A stretch of 60,116 nucleotides of DNA, counting the filler, from Squalus acanthias (taxonomy: Eukaryota): assembly GCA_030390025.1 (NCBI GenBank). It is 3 parts of 3 records of this genome, joined end to end, with 100 filler letters (N's around TTAATTAATTAA, not from the genome) between each part and the next. Parts side by side here need not be neighbours in the genome. Positions count along the whole stretch, not along the records: positions 7,236 to 34,774 come from JASTWF010002431.1; positions 34,875 to 60,116 come from CM059443.1; 1 more part is not named here. One strand, written 5' to 3'. A program made the translations under genes and the position numbers. The number at the start of each line of letters is the position of its first letter. Position 1 is the stretch's first letter. A model generated the notes under the pieces. The model did not search any database and was not told where the DNA came from. It saw only the letters and a program-made list of their open reading frames with translations. Below are positions 28,601 through 39,619 of the stretch, piece after piece.

Positions 28601-31600
28601 CCAGACCCACACGCCCCGAGACCCCGAGACCCACACCGAGACCCCGAGACCCACACACCGAGACCCAGACCCACACACCGAGACCCCCACACCGAGACCC
28701 CGAGACCCACACCCCCCCGAGACCCCGAGACCCACACCGAGACCGCGAGACCCACACACCGAGACCCCCACACCGAGACCCCGAGACCCCGAGACCCAGA
28801 CGCCCGAGACCCCGAGACCCAGACGCCCCGAGACCCCCGACGCCCGAGACCCCGAGACCCACACCGAGACCCCGAGACCCACACACCGAGACCCAGACCC
28901 ACACACCGAGACCCCCACACCGAGACCCCGAGACCCACACCCCCCGAGACCCCGAGACCCACCCCGAGACCCCGAGACCCACACGCCCCGAGACCCAGAC
29001 GCCCCGAGACCCCGAGACCCACCCCGAGACCCCGAGACCCACACGCCCCGAGACCCAGACGCCCCGAGACCCCGAGACCCACCCCGAGACCCCGAGACCC
29101 ACACGCCCCGAGACCCAGACGCCCCGAGACCCAGACCCACACGCCCCGAGACCCCGAGACCCACACGCCCCGAGACCCCGAGACCCACACGCCCCGAGAC
29201 CCCGAGACCCCCACGCCCCGAGACCCCGAGACCCACACGCCCCGAGACCCCGAGACCCACACGCCCCGAGACCCCGAGACCCACACGCCCCGAGACCCCC
29301 ACGCCCCGAGACCCACACGCCCCGAGACCCAGACCCACACACCGAGACCCCGAGACCCACACGCCCCGAGACCCACACGCCCCGAGACCCCCACGCCCCG
29401 AGACCCCCACGCCCCGAGACCCCGAGACCCCCACGCCCCGAGACCCCCACGCCCCGAGACCCCCACGCCCCGAGACCCACACGCCCCGAGACCCAGACCC
29501 ACACACCGAGACCCCGAGACCCCCACGCCCCGAGACCCACACGCCCCGAGACCCCCACGCCCCGAGACCCCCACGCCCCGAGACCCAGACCCACACACCG
29601 AGACCCCGAGACCCACACGCCCCGAGACCCACACGCCCCGAGACCCCCACGCCCCGAGACCCCCACGCCCCGAGACCCAGACCCACACACCGAGACCCCG
29701 AGACCCACACGCCCCGAGACCCCCACGCCCCGAGACCCCGAGACCCACACGCCCCGAGACCCCGAGACCCACACGCCCCGAGACCCCGAGACCCACACGC
29801 CCCGAGACCCCCACGCCCCGAGACCCACACGCCCCGAGACCCCCACGCCCCGAGACCCCCACGCCCCGAGACCCCCACGCCCCGAGACCCACACGCCCCG
29901 AGACCCCGAGACCCACACGCCCCGAGACCCCGAGACCCACACGCCCCGAGACCCCCACGCCCCGAGACCCACACGCCCCGAGACCCAGACCCACACGCCC
30001 CGAGACCCCGAGACCCACACGCCCCGAGACCCACACGCCCCGAGACCCCCACGCCCCGAGACCCACACGCCCCGAGACCCAGACCCACACGCCCCGAGAC
30101 CCCGAGACCCACACGCCCCGAGACCCAGACCCACACGCCCCGAGACCCCGAGACCCACACGCCCCGAGACCCCGAGACCCACACGCACCGAGACCCCGAG
30201 ACCCACACGCACCGAGACCCCGAGACCCCCACGCCCCGAGACCCACACGCCCCGAGACCCAGACCCACACGCCCCGAGACCCCGAGACCCACACGCCCCG
30301 AGACCCAGACCCACACGCCCCGAGACCCCGAGACCCACACGCCCCGAGACCCCGAGACCCACACGCCCCGAGACCCACACACCGAGACCCAGACCCACAC
30401 GCCCCGAGACCCAGACCCACACGCCCCGAGACCCCGAGACCCACACCGAGACCCCGAGACCCACACACCGAGACCCAGACCCACACACCGAGACCCCCAC
30501 ACCGAGACCCCGAGACCCACACCCCCCGAGACCCCGAGACCCACACCGAGACCGCGAGACCCACACACCGAGACCCCCACACCGAGACCCCGAGACCCCG
30601 AGACCCAGACGCCCGAGACCCCGAGACCCAGACGCCCCGAGACCCCGAGACCCCGACGCCCGAGACCCCGAGACCCACACGCCCCGAGACCCCGAGACCC
30701 ACACCCCCCGAGACCCCGAGACCCACACGCCCCGAGACCCCGAGACCCACACGCACCGAGACCCCGAGACCCACACGCACCGAGACCCAGACCCAGACAC
30801 CGAGACCCAGACCCACCCAGAGACCCAGACCCCCCCACCCAGAGACCCAGACACCCCCACCCAGAGACCCAGACCCAGAGACCCCGAGACCCAGACCCAC
30901 ACACCGAGACCCAGAGACCCAGACCCACGCACCCAGAGACCCAGACCCACACACCGAGACCCCGAGACGCACGCACCGAGACCCAGACCCAGACACCGAG
31001 ACCCAGACCCACCCAGAGACCCAGACCCCCCCACCCAGAGACCCAGACACCCCCACCCAGAGACCCAGACCCAGAGACCCCGAGACCCAGACCCACACAC
31101 CGAGACCCAGAGACCCAGACCCACGCACCCAGAGACCCAGACCCACACACCGAGACCCCGAGACGCACGCACCGAGACCCAGACCCAGACACCGAGACCC
31201 AGACCCACCCAGAGACCCAGACCCCCCCACCCAGAGACCCAGACACCCCCACCCAGAGACCCAGACCCAGAGACCCCGAGACCCAGACCCACACACCGAG
31301 ACCCAGAGACCCAGACCCACGCACCCAGAGACCCAGACCCACGCACCGAGACCCCGAGACGCACGCACCGAGACCCAGACCCACGCACCGAGACCCAGAC
31401 CCACGCACCGAGACCCCGAGACGCACGCACCGAGACCCCGAGACGCACGCACCGAGACCCCGAGACGCACGCACCGAGACCCCGAGACGCACGCACCGAG
31501 ACCCCGAGACGCACGCACCGAGACCCCGAGACGCACGCACCGAGACCCCGAGACCCACGCACCGAGACCCCGAGACGCACGCACCGAGAGACCCCGACAC

Positions 31601-32622
31601 ACACACACACCCAGAGACCCCGAGACCCACGCACCCAGAGACCCCGACACACACACACACCCAGAGACCCCGACACACACACACCCAGAGACCCCGACAC
31701 ACACACACACAGAGACCCCGACACACACACACACCGAGACCCCGACACACACACCCAGAGACCCCGACACACACACCCAGAGACCCCGACACACACACCC
31801 CGAGACCCCGACACACACACCCAGAGACCCCGACACACACACCCAGAGACCCCGACACACACACCCAGAGACCCCGACACACACACCCAGAGACCCCGAC
31901 ACACACCCAGAGACCCCGACACACACCCAGAGACCCCGACACACACACCCAGAGACCCCGACACACACCCAGAGACCCCGACACACACACCCAGAGACCC
32001 CGACACACACACCCAGAGACCCCGACACACACACCCAGAGACCCCGACACACACACCCAGAGACCCCGACACACACACCCAGAGACCCCGACACACACAC
32101 CCAGAGACCCCGACACACACACCCAGAGACCCCGACACACACACCCAGAGACCCCGACACACACACCCAGAGACCCCGACACACACACCCAGAGACCCCG
32201 ACACACACACCCAGAGACCCCGACACACACACCCAGAGACCCCGACACACACACCCAGAGACCCCGACACACACACCCAGAGACCCCGACACACACACCC
32301 AGAGACCCCGACACACACACCCAGAGACCCCGACACACACACCCAGAGACCCCGACACACACACCCAGAGACCCCGACACACACACCCAGAGACCCCGAC
32401 ACACACACACAGAGACCCTGACACACACACAGAGACCCTGACACACACACAGAGACCCTGACACACACACAGAGACCCTGACACACACACAGAGACCCTG
32501 ACACACACACACAGAGACCCTGACACACACACACAGAGACCCTGACACACACACACAGAGACCCTGACACACACACACCCAGAGACCCAGACACACACAC
32601 ACCGAGACCCAGACACACACAC
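19617..32622. repeat. 13-kb compound tandem array in a vigilin-like intron
   Basis: Homogeneous 22-bp unit CCCAGAGACCCCGACACACACA at ~19870-24780 and ~31590-32400. The centre is built from GAGACCCC, GAGACCCACACGCCCC and GAGACCCA sub-units. The plus strand is almost free of T. Confidence 0.98.
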
Positions 32623-32682
32623 CTTTTCTTATCGCCACCCACTTATCCCAATCCCTCCCGCTTCCCCCCCCCAGGTACTCAC

Positions 32683-32799
32683 ATATTCTTCCTCCAGGTT
32701 CAGTAGATGATCGATGGCCTGGTCCACATTCTCGGGGAGTCCGGTCACGGTGACACAGCTCACGTCCTTGGACTCTGCCTGAGGGAATCGAACCTCCAC
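32683..32799 (-). CDS. HDLBP: Vigilin/HDLBP-like exon (end of the last KH domain)
   Basis: 117 nt, phase 0-0, tgttcacAG| ... TAT|GTGAGT. Reads VEVRFPQAESKDVSCVTVTGLPENVDQAIDHLLNLEEEY versus recalled human VDIRFPQSGAPDPNCVTVTGLPENVEEAIDHILNLEEEY. Confidence 0.95.
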
Positions 32800-33073
32800 C
32801 TGTGAACAGACCCGAGGTGAGAAGCTGTGGGAGAAGGGGTGGCCAATCTATCGAGGGAAGAACCTTTCAACCGTCTGCTTTCCTCCCCCTCTCCATATCC
32901 CACACTACCAACACTGCACGGCCAAGAGTGGGACAGGGAAGGAGAGCGGGAAGGGGGACGGTGAAGGGGATTGGGAAAAGGCAGGAGCTTCACTCGCCCG
33001 CAAACTCTCTCTACATCACGTCTACAGCACGGAAAGAGGCCATTCGGCCCAACTGGTCCACGCCAGTGTTTAC

Positions 33074-33892
33074 GCAGATGCAATATAACGTGGATAAATG
33101 CGAGGTTATCCACTTTGGCGTCAAAAACAGGAAGGCAGATTATTATCTGAACGGCAATAGATTGGGAGAAGGGGAAGTGCAACGAGACCTGGGTGTCCTT
33201 GTGCACCAGTCGCTGAAGGTAAGCATGCAGGTGCAGCAGGCGGTGAAGAAGGCAAATGGTATGTTGGCCTTCACAGCGAGAGGATTCGAGTACAGGAACA
33301 GGGATGTCTTGCTGCAGTTGTACAGGGCCTTGGTGAGACCACACCTTGAGTATTGTGTGCAGTTTTGGTCGCCTTATCTGAGGAAGGATGTTCTTGCCAT
33401 GGAGGGAGTGCAGCGAAGATTCACCAGACTGATACCTGGGATGGCAGGAATGACGTATGAGGAGAGATTGGGTCGATTAGGCTTATAATCGCTAGAGTTT
33501 AGAAGAGTGAGAGGGGACCTCATTGAAACTTATAAAATTCTAACAGGACTAGACAGACTAGATGCAGGACGGATGTTCCCGATGGCGGGGGAGTCCAGAA
33601 CCAGGGGTCACAGTCTAAGGATAAGGGGTAAGCCATTTAGGACTGAGATGAGGAGGAATTTCTTCACCCAGAGAGTGGTGAACCTGTGGAATTCTCACCA
33701 CAGAAGGCAGTTGAGTCCAATTCATTAAATATATTGAAGGAGGAGTTAGATATATTTCTTAAGGCTAAAGGGATCAAGGGATATGGGGAGAAAGCAGGGA
33801 CAGGGTACTGAATTTGGATGATCAGCCATGATCGCATTGAATGGCGGAGCGGGCTCGAGGGGCCGAATGGCCTACTCCTATCTTCTCTGTTT
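33074..33892 (+). mobile_element. CR1 LINE 3' fragment, near-identical reverse complement of 7350-8175
   Basis: QMQYNVDKCEVIHFG...LVRPHLEYCVQFWSP...FFTQRVVNLWNS. Confidence 0.95.
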
Positions 33893-34774
33893 CTCCACAC
33901 CAGCCTCCTCCCACCCTTCTTCATCTCACCCCATCAACATATCCTTCTATTCCTTTCTCCCTCATGTGTTTATCCAGCTTCCCCTTAAATGCATCTATAA
34001 TCCTTGCCTCAACCACTCCCTGTGTTAGCGAGTTCCACAATCTCACCACTCTCTGGGTAAAGAAGTTTCTCCTGAATTCCCTATTGGATTTATTAGTGAC
34101 TATCTTATATTTATGGCCCCTAGTTCTGTTCTCCCCCACAAGTAGAAACATCTTCTCTACATTTACCCTATCAAACCCCCTTCATACTGTTAAAGATCTC
34201 CATCAGGTCCCCCCTCAACCTTCTCTTTTCTAGAGAAAAGAGCCCTAGCCTGTTCAGTCTTTCCTGTTATAACCTCTCAGTTCTGGCATCATTCTTGTAA
34301 ATCTGTTTGTAAATTTTTTTTGCACTTTAACCAGTGCCTCTATATTGTTTTGTAATATGGAGACCAGAACTGTGCACAGTGCTCCAAGTGTAGTCTAACC
34401 AAGGTACACGGAGATATGAATGTAGGAGGTATGATCAGTAAGTTCGCAGATGACACGAAAATTGGTGGGGTGGTAAATAGCGAGGAGGGAAGCCTCAGGC
34501 TACAGGACGATATAGACGGGTTGGTCAGATGGGCAGAACAGTGGCAAATGGAATTTAACCCTGAAAAGTGTGAGGTGATGCATTTTGGGAGGACTAACAA
34601 GGCAAGGGAATACACAATGAATGGTAGGACCCTAGGAAGGACAGAGGATCAGAGGGACCTTGGTGTGCATGTACATGGATCCCTGAAGGCAGCAGGACAG
34701 GTAGATAAGGTGGTTAAAAAGGCAGATGGGAGACTTGCCTTCATTAGCCGAGGCATAGAATATAAGGGGGGGGG
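33893..34774. mobile_element. Two further CR1 fragments (minus ~33893-34405; plus ~34410-34774, cut by the linker)
   Basis: Minus ORF RNFFTQRVVRLWNSL; plus ORF ISKFADDTKIGG...WQMEFNPEKCEVMHFG. Confidence 0.88.
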
Positions 34775-34874
34775 NNNNNNNNNNNNNNNNNNNNNNNNNN
34801 NNNNNNNNNNNNNNNNNNTTAATTAATTAANNNNNNNNNNNNNNNNNNNNNNNNNNNNNNNNNNNNNNNNNNNN
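34775..34874. other. Artificial contig linker/gap (N44-TTAATTAATTAA-N44)
   Basis: Identical 100-nt structure to 7136-7235. Confidence 0.97.
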
Positions 34875-35014
34875 CTGGTTTTCTCATTTTCTGCTCACTT
34901 TATTCCCTGTTATCTCCACCCTTTCTCTTAGCAGCTCAGCCAAGATAGGAAACTCACTGCAGTATGCAACCATCCACAGACTAACTTTGCCACAGAACAA
35001 AGGATTGTGGTTTT

Positions 35015-35420
35015 TATTCATTCTCAAGATGTGGGATGGCAAGGCAAGCATTTCATGCTCAACCCTAGTTGCCGAGAAGGTGGTGGCGGCCTTTTTGAAC
35101 TGCTGAGTAGCGGTTTGATGTAACAGAGTGGCTTGCTGGGCCACTTCAGAGGGCAGTTAAGAGTCAACCACGTTGGTGTGGGAATGGAGTCACATATCGG
35201 CCCAGACCGCGTCAGGATGGCAGGTTTCCTTCCCTAAAGGACATCAGTGAGCCAGTTGGGTTTTTACAACAAACCTAAAGCTTCATGGTGACTTTTACTG
35301 ATACCAGCTTATTATTTGCAGATTATTTTTAAAACCGAATTCAAATGGTGGAATTTGAACTCATGTTCTCTAGATTATAAATCCAGGCCTCTGGATTACT
35401 AGTCCACTACAATACCGTAC
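35015..35420 (-). mobile_element. tRNA-derived SINE (same family as 38200-38600)
   Basis: Reverse complement shares GTAATCCAGAGGCCTGG, CCTTTAGGGAAGGAAA and GGTTGACTCTTAACTGCCCTCTGAA with the copy at 38200-38600. Confidence 0.8.
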
Positions 35421-35529
35421 CCGATTTCCTAAAGACCGCCAAGAGACACAGCTGGCTATTGCAATTTTAATAGTTAGTTTGTTTCAAATCATACAAAACC
35501 AGAAACATAAATTCCTAGAGACGTAACTT

Positions 35530-35672
35530 TTTCCAGTTCTGATGAAAGGTCATCGAGCTGAAACGTTAACTCTTGTTTCTCTCTCCACAGATGCTGCCTG
35601 ACTTGCTGAGCATTTCCAGCATTTTGTGTTTTTATTTCAGATTTCCAGCATCCGCAGTATTTTGCTTTTTTA
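35530..35672 (+). mobile_element. Solo Penelope terminal-repeat fragment with hammerhead-like motif (35535-35571)
   Basis: AGTT-CTGATGA-A-AGGTC ATC GAGCT-GAAA-CGTT-AACT followed by the same tail as the reverse complement of 57753-57850. Confidence 0.75.
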
Positions 35673-35884
35673 ACATAAATTCCTATCTTTGTCCTATTCC
35701 CTATCCTGTGTTCTGATGGACTTTCTTTCTCAGATACTGACCAACCTGCTGTGCCTTTCTTGAATTTTTCATTTCAACACATTCTTATGAATACCTTTCC
35801 CAAAATGGTTTACCCAGCTCCTTGAGTATTATGAGCTCAATGACAGCTTACAATCATTTTTGTCATCAAGGGAAATATCCCATA

Positions 35885-36390
35885 ACAAACATCGGAACAG
35901 GAGTAGGCCATTCAGCCCCTCGCGCCTGTTCCACCATTCAATTTGATCGTGGCTGAGCTGTATCTTAACTCTACCTACCCGCCTTAGTTCATATCCCATA
36001 ATATCTTTGTCTAACAAAAATCTATCGATCTCAGTTTTGAAATTTGCAATTGACAGCTTTTTGGGGGAAAGAGTATTCAGATTTCCACTGCCCTTTGTGT
36101 GTAGAAGTGCTTCCTGATCAAACATCCACAAAGCCAGTGTTTGCTGGGATACCAGAACTTCCTGCTTTTCTTTGAATAGTCCCTGGGATCTTCAACCTCC
36201 GTGTGAACCAGGGATTAGGCAAACAGGGCCTCAGTTTAACATCTCATCCAAGGCATGGCACCTCTGATAATGCAGCACTCCATTAGTACTGCACTGACGT
36301 GTCAGCTTAGATTATGAGCTTAAACTTCCGATAAGGAACTAGGGCCTACTGACCCAGAAGTGAAAGTACTGCCAAATGAGCCAGGCTGAT
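35885..36390 (-). mobile_element. CR1 3' end fragment (~35885-36125) and degenerate Deu SINE (~36150-36390)
   Basis: Similarity to the other CR1 tails and to the SINE at 48060-48372. Confidence 0.65.
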
Positions 36391-38199
36391 AACAAATTAT
36401 GTCAATTTTTTTTTAAACCTGAGTAGTTAGTTACAAGAATTTAAAACTATCTTAATACTCCCAATGTATCTTCCACATTAATAAGTCTGCAGATTATATA
36501 CACATATATAAAAGGGAAAGGAGAGATAAAATAAGACTACTGGAAGCCATCTAACACACTTGGGGGAACAGTGCAACATTCATTTTTGGATCTCCTGAGT
36601 GGAAGCTAGCTAATTCCATTAATAGAAAAATTGAAGAAAAGAGAGAAAGTGTCTTCTGTCATCAGGGCAGCCATCAGTCTGTCATGTGTGTCCATGGAAA
36701 GTCTAAACACAAAGCTTCTTATCTGAAGCGACCCAAAAGGTTTTTCTGCTTTCATAACAGAGCGAGCCCACAGCCTTTTAGATCCATGCTTCAGTAACAG
36801 TCTCGCATGACAATTAAATGGCAATTAATCTTTATATTTTAAACAGGCCTTCAGATTTTAGCACAGGTATTGGCAAGCCCACTTTGAAGAGAGCTTGAGA
36901 CAAAATTCTTGACACTTAGCTCTCATTAACCCGTTAATTGACAAGCCTCTGAAGAGCCAATTAATGTACAAAAGGTCTACGGAGCACAACAATTACAGAC
37001 CTTAAAAGATACAAATCAACGACAAATGCGACACAATCATATTCAAAGGTCGCCATTTTATATTCAGCGCAGCTTCTATTTGACTTGGTCCTATTCAAAG
37101 TACGTTACAATAGTTCAGCAATAAAGTACATGAATCCCCTACAAGGCAATAAACCACTCCTGTCCTCTGAACAGAAGCCTGAAAATGAGGTGTTCTATTA
37201 ATAACCAGGAGGCTTTCATTTTGCCAAGTACCAGAGAGCTTATAAATATTAAAAATAAAATGTCTCCATCTTTTCCTGCAACTATCCCTTAATTTCTCTC
37301 CGACTAATTTTTTCCATTTCCCCCCCGCCCCCTCGGTACTTGTAGAAACAGTTTAAAAATAAAATGCATTTGCCCCTCTGGCAATGGCGTGTGTGTCTGT
37401 CTCCATCTCTAAACCCCCCTGCCTCGCAAGGTTGTGTTCCGGTTTTCTTTCCCTCTATATTCTTATAAGGGCAATATGCTAGAAACCCTTACAAGGGCTT
37501 TGCTTTCTCCCGAGTAGATGGGTACCAGGCTGTTGAAAAGGGAGGGAATCTGTGGTGGGAATTCCACTCTCCTGAAAATTAAATAAAACGCCCATAAGTG
37601 CTTCAATAAATAATTCACTCGGGTTTAGCATCATCACCGATTAGTCCATCTGCTATTTTTCTGTGAACTAATGGCAGATCACATAAAAACAATGGACGTC
37701 TTCGAAGCCTGATCTGCATGTTTCTGGCGGGTGTCATTCTCGCTTGCTCAAAAGAGCAGGTTGAAATCGAAATTGTGGGAAGAGAGCGGGACCTCACCAG
37801 GTGAGTCCCCTCGGCGATTTTAAGTGCAGGGTAAAAATGTCCCCTCAAAAGTCAGCAGGTGATTAGCTAGCACTGTGGATTCTGTCTTTTTAAACCCGAG
37901 GGTGACAATGCAACCTTTTAACCAATCAGGATACATCTGACATTTCTCAGGTTAATTACTTGGCGAGTGGCTCAATCAACAAAGAAAATTAGGCTTTGTT
38001 CTGATTGGTTAGAAGTGATAAACAGCAACTTGAAATATATAAAATGGGTCTACACTGGTGCCTTTATCCTCAAGTCCTGAAGTATTTAGTGAGCATTTTT
38101 GTAATACATTTCTAACTTGTACAAGTATATTTTTTATGTATTCATGACAGTAAATTTGCCACTTTGTTAATTCAGGTGAAAGGCCGCAGTCAAAACAGG

Positions 38200-38600
38200 G
38201 GTATGGTAGCATAGTGGTTCTGTTACTGGGCTCGTAATCCAGAGGCCTGGACTTATGATCCCACCACAGCAGCTGGGGAATTTAAATTCAGTTAATTAAA
38301 TAAATCTGGTACAAAACGCTAATATCAGTAATGGTGACCATGAAACTACCGGAATGTCGTAAAAACCCATCTGGCTCACTAATGTCCTTTAAGGAAGGAA
38401 ATCCGCCGTCCTTACCCGGTCTGGCCTATGTGTGACTCTAGACCCACAGCAATGTGGTTGACTCTTAACTGCCCTCTGAAATAGCCTAGCAAGCCACTCA
38501 GTTGTTTCAAGGCAGCGGCTCACCACCGCCTTCTCAAGGACAATTAGGGATGGGCAATAAATGCTGGCCTTGCCAATGACGCCCACATCCCGTGATCGAA
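38200..38600 (+). mobile_element. tRNA-derived SINE with LINE-derived 3' tail
   Basis: Head GGTAGCATAGTGGTT. Tail GCTCACCACCGCCTTCTCAAGGACAATTAGGGATGGGCAATAAATGCTGGCCTTGCCA is shared with the LINE end at 47945-48030. Confidence 0.8.
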
Positions 38601-38639
38601 TACAAAACAACTATCTTTCTCTTTCAGGAATTTAATAGA

Positions 38640-39175
38640 TTAGAAAATCATAGAAAGTTACAGCACGGAAGGAGGCCATTTCAGCCCAACGTGTCCGTGC
38701 CGGCCAACAAAGAGCTATCCAGCCTAATCCCACTTCCCAGCTCTTGGTCCGTAGCCCTGCAGGTTAGAGCATCCCAAGTGCACATCCAAGTACTTTTTAA
38801 ATGTGGTTAGGGTTCCTGCCTCTACCACCCTTTCAGGCAGTGAGTTCCAGACCCCCACAACCCTCTGGGTGAAGAAATTTCCCCTCAAATCCTTCCACCA
38901 ATTACTTTAAATCTGTGCCCCCTGGTTTTTGACCCCTCTGCTAAGGGAAATAGATCCTTCCTATACACTCTATCTATGCCCCTCATAATTTTATACACCT
39001 CAATAAGGTTTCCCCTCAGCCTCCTCTGTTCCAAGGAAAACAGACCCAGCCTATCCAGTCTTTCCTCATAGCTAAGATTCTCTACTCCCGGCAACATCCT
39101 TGTAAATCTCCTCTGTACCCTCTCTAGTGCAATCACATCTTTCTTGTAATGTGGTGACCAGAACTGCACGCAGAT
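38640..39175 (-). mobile_element. CR1 LINE 3' fragment
   Basis: ORF 38885-39169 QFWSPHYKKDVIALERVQRRFTRMLPG. Confidence 0.9.
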
Positions 39176-39619
39176 TGCTGTGGGTTTCCAGCAGTTTCAA
39201 TTATTACATCAGTTTACCAGTACTCATGTTTTTGTTTTTATTTTACCACTTTAACTTTTCTTAACTGAATACTTTCCCTAAACTGCTTTCAATTGGTGCG
39301 GTGTAATTGTGTCCATTCTTTGATGTCAATTATACCCTTCTCCTGTTCCTTTCCACTGTCTCCTATCTAATTCCTCATACTTTTTCCCCCTCTCTACACC
39401 AATGCAGGAATTTTAATTAAACACACTTTTACATTCTTGTCCTATTTTTGAGTTTGGTTTTGGGAGGGTAATCTATATATGCCATTCTCCCCCATTTATA
39501 TTATTAATCTGGTATGCTCTCCATAGGCATTTGAAGGTCACTGTGAAATGTGCATGTGTGGAGTGTTAGGATATCATTACATACAAATGTCATGGATGTA
39601 CAACTTCAGGTTGCTTAAA

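Noticed and set aside
19550-32642. Four ~4300-aa ORFs and nested 306/1868-aa ORFs, suggesting giant repeat proteins
   Set aside because: They arise because the array nearly lacks T on + and A on -, so stop codons almost cannot occur in any frame. The 22-bp period is not a multiple of 3 and the region is intronic to the vigilin-like gene.
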